The notes under the pieces are model-generated. The model ran no database searches. It saw only the letters and a program-made list of their open reading frames with translations, and was not told where the DNA came from. The position numbers were made by a program, and so were the translations under genes. From the NCBI GenBank assembly GCA_032718475.1, contig JAUCBJ010000302.1, forward strand, positions 38,490 to 102,489: 64,000 bases of DNA, given 5' to 3'. This document shows, piece by piece, positions 1 to 15,000 of this stretch (the first letter of the stretch is position 1; the number at the start of each line of letters is the position of its first letter). Origin of the DNA: Nemertoderma westbladi. Its lineage: Eukaryota > Animalia > Xenacoelomorpha.

Positions 1-3000
1 TGTTAGACATTAAATAGCTTCGCCATTCCACACTATGTAGTTTGTTAGACATTAAATAGCTTTGCTATTAGACACTATGTAGTTTGTTAGACATTAAATC
101 GCTTCGCCATTCCACTCTACGTAGTTTGTTAGACATTAAATCGCTTCGCCATTCCACACTACGTAGTTTGTTAGACATTAAATCGCTTCGCCATTCCACA
201 CTACGTAGTTTGTTAGACATTAAATAGCTTCGCCATTCCACACTACGTAGTTTGTTAGACATTAAATCGCTTCGCCATTCCACACTATGTAGTTTGTTAG
301 ACATTAAATCGCTTCGCCATTCCACACTACGTAGTTTGTTAGACATTAAATCGCTTCGCCATTCCACACTACGTAGTTTGTTAGACATTAAATCGCTTCG
401 CCATTCCACACTACGTAGTTTGTTAGACATTAAATAGCTTCGCCATTCCACACTACGTAGTTTGTTAGACATTAAATCGCTTCGCCATTCCACACTATGT
501 AGTTTGTTAGACATTAAATCGCTTCGCCATTCCACACTACGTAGTTTGTTAGACATTAAATCGCTTCGCCATTCCACACTACGTAGTTTGTTAGACATTA
601 AATAGCTTCGCCATTCCACACTACGTAGTTTGTTAGACATTAAATAGCTTCGCCATTCCACACTACGTAGTTTGTTAGACATTAAATCGCTTCGCCATTC
701 CACACTATGTAGTTTGTTAGACATTAAATAGCTTCGCCATTCCACACTATGTAGTTTGTTATACATTAAATAGCTTCGCCATTCCACACTACGTAGTTTG
801 TTATACATTAAATCGCTTCGCCATTCCACACTATGTAGTTTGTTAGACATTAAATCGCTTCGCCATTCCACACTATGTAGTTTGTTAGACATTAAATAGC
901 TTCGCCATTCCACACTATGTAGTTTGTTAGACATTAAATAGCTTTGCTATTAGACACTATGTAGTTTGTTAGACATTAAATAGCTTCGCCATTCCACACT
1001 ACGTAGTTTGTTAGACATTAAATAGCTTCGCCATTCCACACTATGTAGTTTGTTAGACATTAAATAGCTTCGCCATTCCACACTACGTAGTTTGTTAGAC
1101 ATTAAATAGCTTCGCCATTCCACTCTACGTAGTTTGTTAGACATTAAATAGCTTTACTATTAGACACTATGTAGTTTGTTAGACATTAAATAGCTTCGCC
1201 ATTCCACTCTACGTAGTTTGTTAGACATTAAATAGCTTCGCCATTCCACTCTACGTAGTTTGTTAGACATTAAATAGCTTCGCCATTCCACTCTACGTAG
1301 TTTGTTAGACATTAAATAGCTTCGCCATTCCACTCTACGTAGTTTGTTAGACATTAAATAGCTTTACTATTAGACACTATGTAGTTTGTTAGACATTAAA
1401 TAGCTTCGCCATTCCACTCTACGTAGTTTGTTAGACATTAAATAGCTTCGCCATTCCACTCTACGTAGTTTGTTAGACATTAAATAGCTTTACTATTAGA
1501 CACTATGTAGTTTGTTAGACATTAAATAGCTTCGCCATTCCACTCTACGTAGTTTGTTAGACATTAAATAGCTTCGCCATTCCACTCTACGTAGTTTGTT
1601 AGACATTAAATAGCTTTACTATTAGACACTATGTAGTTTGTTAGACATTAAATAGCTTCGCCATTCCACTCTACGTAGTTTGTTAGACATTAAATCGCTT
1701 CGCCATTCCACACTATGTAGTTTGTTAGACATTAAATCGCTTCGCCATTCCACACTATGTAGTTTGTTAGACATTAAATAGCTTCGCCATTCCACACTAT
1801 GTAGTTTGTTAGACATTAAATAGCTTCGCCATTCCACACTATGTAGTTTGTTAGACATTAAATAGCTTCGCCATTCCACACTATGTAGTTTGTTAGACAT
1901 TAAATAGCTTTGCTATTAGACACTATGTAGTTTGTTAGACATTAAATAGCTTCGCCATTCCACACTATGTAGTTTGTTAGACATTAAATAGCTTCGCCAT
2001 TCCACACTATGTAGTTTGTTAGACATTAAATAGCTTTGCTATTAGACACTATGTAGTTTGTTAGACATTAAATAGCTTCGCCATTCCACTCTACGTAGTT
2101 TGTTAGACATTAAATAGCTTTGCTATTAGACACTATGTAGTTTGTTAGACATTAAATAGCTTCGCCATTCCACACTATGTAGTTTGTTAGACATTAAATA
2201 GCTTTGCTATTAGACACTATGTAGTTTGTTAGACATTAAATAGCTTCGCCATTCCACTCTACGTAGTTTGTTAGACATTAAATAGCTTTGCTATTAGACA
2301 CTATGTAGTTTGTTAGACATTAAATAGCTTCGCCATTCCACACTATGTAGTTTGTTAGACATTAAATAGCTTTGCTATTAGACACTATGTAGTTTGTTAG
2401 ACATTAAATAGCTTCGCCATTCCACTCTACGTAGTTTGTTAGACATTAAATAGCTTTGCTATTAGACACTATGTAGTTTGTTAGACATTAAATAGCTTCG
2501 CCATTCCACACTATGTAGTTTGTTAGACATTAAATAGCTTTGCTATTAGACACTATGTAGTTTGTTAGACATTAAATAGCTTCGCCATTCCACACTATGT
2601 AGTTTGTTAGACATTAAATAGCTTTGCTATTAGACACTATGTAGTTTGTTAGACATTAAATAGCTTCGCCATTCCACTCTACGTAGTTTGTTAGACATTA
2701 AATAGCTTTGCTATTAGACACTATGTAGTTTGTTAGACATTAAATAGCTTCGCCATTCCACACTATGTAGTTTGTTAGACATTAAATAGCTTTGCTATTA
2801 GACACTATGTAGTTTGTTAGACATTAAATAGCTTCGCCATTCCACACTATGTAGTTTGTTAGACATTAAATAGCTTCGCCATTCCACACTATGTAGTTTG
2901 TTAGACATTAAATAGCTTTGCTATTAGACACTATGTAGTTTGTTAGACATTAAATAGCTTCGCCATTCCACACTATGTAGTTTGTTAGACATTAAATAGC

Positions 3001-6000
3001 TTTGCTATTAGACACTATGTAGTTTGTTAGACATTAAATAGCTTCGCCATTCCACTCTACGTAGTTTGTTAGACATTAAATAGCTTCGCCATTCCACTCT
3101 ACGTAGTTTGTTAGACATTAAATAGCTTTACTATTAGACACTATGTAGTTTGTTAGACATTAAATAGCTTCGCCATTCCACTCTACGTAGTTTGTTAGAC
3201 ATTAAATCGCTTCGCCATTCCACACTACGTAGTTTGTTAGACATTAAATAGCTTCGCCATTCCACACTACGTAGTTTGTTAGACATTAAATAGCTTCGCC
3301 ATTCCACACTATGTAGTTTGTTAGACATTAAATCGCTTCGCCATTCCACACTACGTAGTTTGTTAGACATTAAATAGCTTCGCCATTCCACACTACGTAG
3401 TTTGTTAGACATTAAATAGCTTCGCCATTCCACACTATGTAGTTTGTTAGACATTAAATCGCTTCGCCATTCCACACTACGTAGTTTGTTAGACATTAAA
3501 TCGCTTCGCCATTCCACACTACGTAGTTTGTTAGACATTAAATAGCTTCGCCATTCCACACTACGTAGTTTGTTAGACATTAAATCGCTTCGCCATTCCA
3601 CACTATGTAGTTTGTTAGACATTAAATCGCTTCGCCATTCCACACTATGTAGTTTGTTAGACATTAAATCGCTTCGCCATTCCACACTACGTAGTTTGTT
3701 AGACATTAAATAGCTTCGCCATTCCACACTACGTAGTTTGTTAGACATTAAATCGCTTCGCCATTCCACACTACGTAGTTTGTTAGACATTAAATAGCTT
3801 TACTATTAGACACTATGTAGTTTGTTAGACATTAAATAGCTTTGCTATTGGACACTATGTAGTTTGTTAGACATTAAATCGCTTCGCCATTCCACACTAC
3901 GTAGTTTGTTAGACATTAAATAGCTTTACTATTAGACACTATGTAGTTTGTTAGACATTAAATAGCTTCGCCATTCCACTCTACGTAGTTTGTTAGACAT
4001 TAAATCGCTTCGCCATTCCACACTATGTAGTTTGTTAGACATTAAATAGCTTTACTATTAGACACTATGTAGTTTGTTAGACATTAAATAGCTTCGCCAT
4101 TCCACTCTACGTAGTTTGTTAGACATTAAATCGCTTCGCCATTCCACACTATGTAGTTTGTTAGACATTAAATAGCTTCGCCATTCCACACTATGTAGTT
4201 TGTTAGACATTAAATAGCTTCGCCATTCCACTCTACGTAGTTTGTTAGACATTAAATAGCTTCGCCATTCCACTCTACGTAGTTTGTTAGACATTAAATA
4301 GCTTTACTATTAGACACTATGTAGTTTGTTAGACATTAAATAGCTTCGCCATTCCACTCTACGTAGTTTGTTAGACATTAAATAGCTTCGCCATTCCACA
4401 CTACGTAGTTTGTTAGACATTAAATAGCTTCGCCATTCCACTCTACGTAGTTTGTTATACATTAAATAGCTTCGCCATTCCACACTATGTAGTTTGTTAG
4501 ACATTAAATCGCTTCGCCATTCCACACTATGTAGTTTGTTATACATTAAATAGCTTTACTATTAGACACTATGTAGTTTGTTATACATTAAATAGCTTCG
4601 CCATTCCACACTATGTAGTTTGTTAGACATTAAATCGCTTCGCCATTCCACACTATGTAGTTTGTTATACATTAAATAGCTTTACTATTAGACACTATGT
4701 AGTTTGTTAGACATTAAATCGCTTCGCCATTCCACACTACGTAGTTTGTTAGACATTAAATCGCTTCGCCATTCCACACTACGTAGTTTGTTAGACATTA
4801 AATAGCTTCGCCATTCCACACTATGTAGTTTGTTAGACATTAAATCGCTTCGCCATTCCACACTACGTAGTTTGTTAGACATTAAATAGCTTTACTATTA
4901 GACACTATGTAGTTTGTTAGACATTAAATAGCTTCGCCATTCCACTCTACGTAGTTTGTTAGACATTAAATCGCTTCGCCATTCCACACTATGTAGTTTG
5001 TTAGACATTAAATAGCTTCGCCATTCCACACTATGTAGTTTGTTAGACATTAAATAGCTTCGCCATTCCACACTATGTAGTTTGTTAGACATTAAATAGC
5101 TTCGCCATTCCACACTATGTAGTTTGTTAGACATTAAATAGCTTTGCTATTCCACACTACGTAGTTTGTTAGACATTAAATAGCTTTACTATTAGACACT
5201 ATGTAGTTTGTTAGACATTAAATAGCTTCGCCATTCCACACTACGTAGTTTGTTAGACATTAAATAGCTTTACTATTAGACACTATGTAGTTTGTTAGAC
5301 ATTAAATAGCTTCGCCATTCCACACTACGTAGTTTGTTAGACATTAAATAGCTTCGCCATTCCACACTACGTAGTTTGTTAGACATTAAATAGCTTTACT
5401 ATTAGACACTATGTAGTTTGTTAGACATTAAATAGCTTCGCCATTCCACACTACGTAGTTTGTTAGACATTAAATAGCTTCGCCATTCCACTCTACGTAG
5501 TTTGTTAGACATTAAATCGCTTCGCCATTCCACACTATGTAGTTTGTTAGACATTAAATCGCTTCGCCATTCCACACTACGTAGTTTGTTAGACATTAAA
5601 TAGCTTCGCCATTCCACTCTACGTAGTTTGTTCGACATTAAATAGCTTCGCCATTCCACTCTACGTAGTTTGTTAGACATTAAATCGCTTCGCCATTCCA
5701 CACTATGTAGTTTGTTAGACATTAAATAGCTTCGCCATTCCACTCTACGTAGTTTGTTAGACATTAAATAGCTTTACTATTAGACACTATGTAGTTTGTT
5801 AGACATTAAATAGCTTCGCCATTCCACTCTACGTAGTTTGTTAGACATTAAATAGCTTCGCCATTCCACTCTACGTAGTTTGTTAGACATTAAATAGCTT
5901 TACTATTAGACACTATGTAGTTTGTTAGACATTAAATAGCTTCGCCATTCCACTCTACGTAGTTTGTTAGACATTAAATAGCTTCGCCATTCCACTCTAC

Positions 6001-9000
6001 GTAGTTTGTTAGACATTAAATAGCTTTACTATTAGACACTATGTAGTTTGTTAGACATTAAATAGCTTCGCCATTCCACTCTACGTAGTTTGTTAGACAT
6101 TAAATAGCTTTACTATTAGACACTATGTAGTTTGTTAGACATTAAATAGCTTCGCCATTCCACTCTACGTAGTTTGTTAGACATTAAATAGCTTCGCCAT
6201 TCCACTCTACGTAGTTTGTTAGACATTAAATAGCTTTACTATTAGACACTATGTAGTTTGTTAGACATTAAATAGCTTCGCCATTCCACTCTACGTAGTT
6301 TGTTAGACATTAAATAGCTTCGCCATTCCACACTACGTAGTTTGTTAGACATTAAATAGCTTTACTATTAGACACTATGTAGTTTGTTAGACATTAAATA
6401 GCTTCGCCATTCCACTCTACGTAGTTTGTTAGACATTAAATAGCTTCGCCATTCCACTCTACGTAGTTTGTTAGACATTAAATAGCTTCGCCATTCCACT
6501 CTACGTAGTTTGTTAGACATTAAATAGCTTCGCCATTCCACTCTACGTAGTTTGTTAGACATTAAATAGCTTCGCCATTCCACTCTACGTAGTTTGTTAG
6601 ACATTAAATAGCTTCGCCATTCCACACTACGTAGTTTGTTAGACATTAAATAGCTTTACTATTAGACACTATGTAGTTTGTTAGACATTAAATAGCTTCG
6701 CCATTCCACTCTACGTAGTTTGTTAGACATTAAATAGCTTCGCCATTCCACTCTACGTAGTTTGTTAGACATTAAATAGCTTCGCCATTCCACTCTACGT
6801 AGTTTGTTAGACATTAAATAGCTTCGCCATTCCACTCTACGTAGTTTGTTAGACATTAAATCGCTTCGCCATTCCACTCTACGTAGTTTGTTAGACATTA
6901 AATAGCTTCGCCATTCCACTCTACGTAGTTTGTTAGACATTAAATAGCTTCGCCATTCCACTCTACGTAGTTTGTTAGACATTAAATAGCTTCGCCATTC
7001 CACTCTACGTAGTTTGTTAGACATTAAATAGCTTCGCCATTCCACTCTACGTAGTTTGTTAGACATTAAATAGCTTCGCCATTCCACTCTACGTAGTTTG
7101 TTAGACATTAAATAGCTTCGCCATTCCACTCTACGTAGTTTGTTAGACATTAAATAGCTTCGCCATTCCACTCTACGTAGTTTGTTAGACATTAAATAGC
7201 TTCGCCATTGCACTCTACGTAGTTTGTTAGACATTAAATAGCTTTACTATTAGACACTATGTAGTTTGTTAGACATTAAATAGCTTCGCCATTCCACACT
7301 ATGTAGTTTGTTAGACATTAAATAGCTTCGCCATTCCACACTATGTAGTTTGTTAGACATTAAATAGCTTCGCCATTCCACACTACGTAGTTTGTTAGAC
7401 ATTAAATAGCTTCGCCATTCCACTCTACGTAGTTTGTTAGACATTAAATAGCTTCGCCATTCCACACTACGTAGTTTGTTAGACATTAAATAGCTTCGCC
7501 ATTCCACACTACGTAGTTTGTTAGACATTAAATAGCTTCGCCATTCCACACTACGTAGTTTGTTAGACATTAAATAGCTTCGCCATTCCACTCTACGTAG
7601 TTTGTTAGACATTAAATAGCTTCGCCATTCCACACTACGTAGTTTGTTAGACATTAAATAGCTTCGCCATTCCACTCTACGTAGTTTGTTAGACATTAAA
7701 TAGCTTCGCCATTCCACACTACGTAGTTTGTTAGACATTAAATAGCTTTACTATTAGACACTATGTAGTTTGTTAGACATTAAATAGCTTCGCCATTCCA
7801 CACTATGTAGTTTGTTAGACATTAAATAGCTTCGCCATTCCACACTATGTAGTTTGTTAGACATTAAATAGCTTCGCCATTCCACACTACGTAGTTTGTT
7901 AGACATTAAATAGCTTCGCCATTCCACTCTACGTAGTTTGTTAGACATTAAATAGCTTCGCCATTCCACACTACGTAGTTTGTTAGACATTAAATAGCTT
8001 CGCCATTCCACACTACGTAGTTTGTTAGACATTAAATAGCTTCGCCATTCCACACTACGTAGTTTGTTAGACATTAAATAGCTTCGCCATTCCACTCTAC
8101 GTAGTTTGTTAGACATTAAATAGCTTCGCCATTCCACACTACGTAGTTTGTTAGACATTAAATAGCTTCGCCATTCCACTCTACGTAGTTTGTTAGACAT
8201 TAAATAGCTTCGCCATTCCACACTACGTAGTTTGTTAGACATTAAATAGCTTCGCCATTCCACACTACGTAGTTTGTTAGACATTAAATAGCTTAGCCAT
8301 TCCACACTACGTAGTTTGTTAGACATTAAATAGCTTCGCCATTCCACTCTACGTAGTTTGTTAGACATTAAATAGCTTCGCCATTCCACACTACGTAGTT
8401 TGTTAGACATTAAATAGCTTTACTATTAGACACTATGTAGTTTGTTAGACATTAAATAGCTTCGCCATTCCACACTACGTAGTTTGTTAGACATTAAATA
8501 GCTTCGCCATTCCACTCTACGTAGTTTGTTAGACATTAAATAGCTTCGCCATTCCACACTACGTAGTTTGTTAGACATTAAATAGCTTTACTATTAGACA
8601 CTACGTAGTTTGTTAGACATTAAATAGCTTCGCCATTCCACTCTACGTAGTTTGTTAGACATTAAATAGCTTCGCCATTCCACACTACGTAGTTTGTTAG
8701 ACATTAAATAGCTTTACTATTAGACACTATGTAGTTTGTTAGACATTAAATAGCTTCGCCATTCCACACTATGTAGTTTGTTAGACATTAAATAGCTTCG
8801 CCATTCCACACTATGTAGTTTGTTAGACATTAAATAGCTTCGCCATTCCACACTACGTAGTTTGTTAGACATTAAATAGCTTCGCCATTCCACTCTACGT
8901 AGTTTGTTAGACATTAAATAGCTTCGCCATTCCACACTACGTAGTTTGTTAGACATTAAATAGCTTCGCCATTCCACACTACGTAGTTTGTTAGACATTA

Positions 9001-12000
9001 AATAGCTTCGCCATTCCACACTACGTAGTTTGTTAGACATTAAATAGCTTCGCCATTCCACTCTACGTAGTTTGTTAGACATTAAATAGCTTCGCCATTC
9101 CACACTACGTAGTTTGTTAGACATTAAATAGCTTCGCCATTCCACTCTACGTAGTTTGTTAGACATTAAATAGCTTCGCCATTCCACACTACGTAGTTTG
9201 TTAGACATTAAATAGCTTCGCCATTCCACACTACGTAGTTTGTTAGACATTAAATAGCTTAGCCATTCCACACTACGTAGTTTGTTAGACATTAAATAGC
9301 TTCGCCATTCCACTCTACGTAGTTTGTTAGACATTAAATAGCTTCGCCATTCCACTCTACGTAGTTTGTTAGACATTAAATAGCTTCGCCATTCCACACT
9401 ACGTAGTTTGTTAGACATTAAATAGCTTCGCCATTCCACACTACGTAGTTTGTTAGACATTAAATAGCTTCGCCATTCCACACTACGTAGTTTGTTAGAC
9501 ATTAAATAGCTTCGCCATTCCACACTACGTAGTTTGTTAGACATTAAATAGCTTCGCCATTCCACTCTACGTAGTTTGTTAGATATTAAATAGCTTCGCC
9601 ATTCCACACTATGTAGTTTGTTATACATTAAATAGCTTTGCTATTAGACACTATGTAGTTTGTTAGACATTAAATAGCTTCGCCATTCCACACTACGTAG
9701 TTTGTTAGACATTAAATAGCTTCGCCATTCCACACTACGTAGTTTGTTAGATATTAAATAGCTTCGCCATTCCACTCTACGTAGTTTGTTAGACATTAAA
9801 TAGCTTCGCCATTCCACTCTACGTAGTTTGTTAGATATTAAATAGCTTCGCCATTCCACTCTACGTAGTTTGTTAGACATTAAATAGCTTCGCCATTCCA
9901 CACTACGTAGTTTGTTAGACATTAAATAGCTTCGCCATTCCACTCTACGTAGTTTGTTAGATATTAAATAGCTTCGCCATTCCACTCTACGTAGTTTGTT
10001 AGACATTAAATAGCTTCGCCATTCCACTCTACGTAGTTTGTTAGACATTAAATAGCTTCGCCATTCCACTCTACGTAGTTTGTTAGATATTAAATAGCTT
10101 CGCCATTCCACTCTACGTAGTTTGTTAGACATTAAATAGCTTCGCCATTCCACTCTACGTAGTTTGTTAGACATTAAATAGCTTCGCCATTCCACTCTAC
10201 GTAGTTTGTTAGACATTAAATAGCTTCGCCATTCCACTCTACGTAGTTTGTTAGACATTAAATAGCTTCGCCATTCCACTCTACGTAGTTTGTTAGATAT
10301 TAAATAGCTTCGCCATTCCACTCTACGTAGTTTGTTAGACATTAAATAGCTTCGCCATTCCACTCTACGTAGTTTGTTAGACATTAAATAGCTTCGCCAT
10401 TCCACTCTACGTAGTTTGTTAGACATTAAATAGCTTCGCCATTCCACTCTACGTAGTTTGTTAGACATTAAATAGCTTCGCCATTCCACTCTACGTAGTT
10501 TGTTAGATATTAAATAGCTTCGCCATTCCACACTATGTAGTTTGTTATACATTAAATAGCTTTGCTATTAGACACTATGTAGTTTGTTAGACATTAAATA
10601 GCTTCGCCATTCCACACTACGTAGTTTGTTAGACATTAAATAGCTTCGCCATTCCACTCTACGTAGTTTGTTAGACATTAAATAGCTTCGCCATTCCACA
10701 CTACGTAGTTTGTTAGACATTAAATAGCTTCGCCATTCCACACTACGTAGTTTGTTAGACATTAAATAGCTTCGCCATTCCACTCTACGTAGTTTGTTAG
10801 ATATTAAATAGCTTCGCCATTCCACACTATGTAGTTTGTTATACATTAAATAGCTTTGCTATTAGACACTATGTAGTTTGTTAGACATTAAATAGCTTCG
10901 CCATTCCACACTACGTAGTTTGTTAGACATTAAATAGCTTCGCCATTCCACACTACGTAGTTTGTTAGACATTAAATAGCTTCGCCATTCCACACTATGT
11001 AGTTTGTTAGACATTAAATAGCTTCGCCATTCCACACTACGTAGTTTGTTAGACATTAAATAGCTTCGCCATTCCACACTACGTAGTTTGTTAGACATTA
11101 AATAGCTTCGCCATTCCACACTACGTAGTTTGTTAGACATTAAATAGCTTCGCCATTCCACACTACGTAGTTTGTTAGACATTAAATAGCTTCGCCATTC
11201 CACACTATGTAGTTTGTTAGACATTAAATAGCTTCGCCATTCCACACTATGTAGTTTGTTAGACATTAAATAGCTTCGCCATTCCACACTACGTAGTTTG
11301 TTAGACATTAAATAGCTTCGCCATTCCACACTACGTAGTTTGTTAGACATTAAATAGCTTCGCCATTCCACACTATGTAGTTTGTTAGACATTAAATAGC
11401 TTCGCCATTCCACACTACGTAGTTTGTTAGACATTAAATAGCTTCGCCATTCCACACTACGTAGTTTGTTAGACATTAAATAGCTTCGCCATTCCACACT
11501 ATGTAGTTTGTTAGACATTAAATAGCTTCGCCATTCCACACTACGTAGTTTGTTAGACATTAAATAGCTTCGCCATTCCACACTACGTAGTTTGTTAGAC
11601 ATTAAATAGCTTCGCCATTCCACACTACGTAGTTTGTTAGACATTAAATAGCTTCGCCATTCCACACTACGTAGTTTGTTAGACATTAAATAGCTTCGCC
11701 ATTCCACACTACGTAGTTTGTTAGACATTAAATAGCTTCGCCATTCCACACTACGTAGTTTGTTAGACATTAAATAGCTTCGCCATTCCACACTACGTAG
11801 TTTGTTAGACATTAAATAGCTTCGCCATTCCACACTACGTAGTTTGTTAGACATTAAATAGCTTCGCCATTCCACACTACGTAGTTTGTTAGACATTAAA
11901 TAGCTTCGCCATTCCACACTACGTAGTTTGTTAGACATTAAATAGCTTCGCCATTCCACACTACGTAGTTTGTTAGACATTAAATAGCTTCGCCATTCCA

Positions 12001-15000
12001 CACTACGTAGTTTGTTAGACATTAAATAGCTTCGCCATTCCACACTACGTAGTTTGTTAGACATTAAATAGCTTCGCCATTCCACACTACGTAGTTTGTT
12101 AGACATTAAATAGCTTCGCCATTCCACACTACGTAGTTTGTTAGACATTAAATAGCTTTGCTATTAGACACTATGTAGTTTGTTAGACATTAAATAGCTT
12201 CGCCATTCCACTCTACGTAGTTTGTTAGACATTAAATAGCTTTACTATTAGACACTATGTAGTTTGTTAGACATTAAATAGCTTCGCCATTCCACTCTAC
12301 GTAGTTTGTTAGACATTAAATAGCTTTACTATTAGACACTATGTAGTTTGTTAGACATTAAATAGCTTTGCTATTAGACACTATGTAGTTTGTTAGACAT
12401 TAAATAGCTTCGCCATTCCACTCTACGTAGTTTGTTAGACATTAAATAGCTTTACTATTAGACACTACGTAGTTTGTTAGACATTAAATAGCTTTGCTAT
12501 TAGACACTATGTAGTTTGTTAGACATTAAATAGCTTCGCCATTCCACTCTACGTAGTTTGTTAGACATTAAATAGCTTCGCCATTCCACTCTACGTAGTT
12601 TGTTAGACATTAAATAGCTTCGCCATTCCACTCTACGTAGTTTGTTAGACATTAAATAGCTTCGCCATTCCACTCTACGTAGTTTGTTAGACATTAAATA
12701 GCTTCGCCATTCCACTCTACGTAGTTTGTTAGACATTAAATAGCTTTACTATTAGACACTATGTAGTTTGTTAGACATTAAATAGCTTTGCTATTAGACA
12801 CTATGTAGTTTGTTAGACATTAAATAGCTTCGCCATTCCACTCTACGTAGTTTGTTAGACATTAAATAGCTTCGCCATTCCACTCTACGTAGTTTGTTAG
12901 ACATTAAATAGCTTCGCCATTCCACTCTACGTAGTTTGTTAGACATTAAATAGCTTCGCCATTCCACACTACGTAGTTTGTTAGACATTAAATAGCTTTA
13001 CTATTAGACACTATGTAGTTTGTTAGACATTAAATAGCTTTACTATTAGACACTATGTAGTTTGTTAGACATTAAATAGCTTCGCCATTCCACTCTACGT
13101 AGTTTGTTAGACATTAAATAGCTTTGCTATTAGACACTACGTAGTTTGTTAGACATTAAATAGCTTCGCCATTCCACTCTACGTAGTTTGTTAGACATTA
13201 AATAGCTTTACTATTAGACACTATGTAGTTTGTTAGACATTAAATAGCTTCGCCATTCCACTCTACGTAGTTTGTTAGACATTAAATAGCTTCGCCATTC
13301 CACACTATGTAGTTTGTTAGACATTAAATAGCTTCGCCATTCCACACTACGTAGTTTGTTAGACATTAAATAGCTTTACTATTAGACACTATGTAGTTTG
13401 TTAGACATTAAATAGCTTCGCCATTCCACTCTACGTAGTTTGTTAGACATTAAATAGCTTTACTATTAGACACTATGTAGTTTGTTAGACATTAAATAGC
13501 TTCGCCATTCCACTCTACGTAGTTTGTTAGACATTAAATAGCTTTGCTATTAGACACTACGTAGTTTGTTAGACATTAAATAGCTTCGCCATTCCACTCT
13601 ACGTAGTTTGTTAGACATTAAATAGCTTTACTATTAGACACTATGTAGTTTGTTAGACATTAAATAGCTTCGCCATTCCACTCTACGTAGTTTGTTAGAC
13701 ATTAAATAGCTTTACTATTAGACACTATGTAGTTTGTTAGACATTAAATAGCTTCGCCATTGCACACTATGTAGTTTGTTCGACATTAAATAGCTTCGCC
13801 ATTCCACACTACGTAGTTTGTTAGACATTAAATAGCTTTGCTATTCCACACTATGTAGTTTGTTAGATATTAAATAGCTTCGCCATTCCACACTACGTAG
13901 TTTGTTAGACATTAAATAGCTTTGCTATTCCACACTATGTAGTTTGTTAGACATTAAATAGCTTCGCCATTCCACACTACGTAGTTTGTTAGACATTAAA
14001 TAGCTTTACTATTAGACACTATGTAGTTTGTTAGACATTAAATAGCTTCGCCATTCCACACTACGTAGTTTGTTAGACATTAAATAGCTTTACTATTAGA
14101 CACTATGTAGTTTGTTAGATATTAAATAGCTTTGCCATTGCACACTACGTAGTTTGTTATACATTAAATAGCTTCGCCATTCCACACTACGTAGTTTGTT
14201 AGACATTAAATAGCTTTACTATTAGACACTATGTAGTTTGTTAGACATTAAATAGCTTCGCCATTGCACACTATGTAGTTTGTTCGACATTAAATCGCTT
14301 CGCCATTCCACACTACGTAGTTTGTTAGACATTAAATAGCTTCGCCATTGCACACTATGTAGTTTGTTAGACATTAAATAGCTTCGCCATTCCACACTAC
14401 GTAGTTTGTTATACATTAAATCGCTTCGCCATTCCACACTATGTAGTTTGTTCGACATTAAATCGCTTCGCCATTGCACACTATGTAGTTTGTTAGACAT
14501 TAAATAGCTTCGCCATTCCACACTACGTAGTTTGTTAGACATTAAATAGCTTCGCCATTGCACACTATGTAGTTTGTTAGACATTAAATAGCTTCGCCAT
14601 TGCACACTATGTAGTTTGTTAGACATTAAATAGCTTCGCCATTCCACACTACGTAGTTTGTTATACATTAAATCGCTTCGCCATTCCACACTACGTAGTT
14701 TGTTAGACATTAAATAGCTTCGCCATTGCACACTATGTAGTTTGTTAGACATTAAATAGCTTCGCCATTCCACACTACGTAGTTTGTTATACATTAAATC
14801 GCTTCGCCATTCCACACTACGTAGTTTGTTATACATTAAATAGCTTCGCCATTCCACACTACGTAGTTTGTTAGACATTAAATAGCTTCGCCATTGCACA
14901 CTATGTAGTTTGTTAGACATTAAATAGCTTCGCCATTCCACACTACGTAGTTTGTTATACATTAAATCGCTTCGCCATTCCACACTACGTAGTTTGTTAG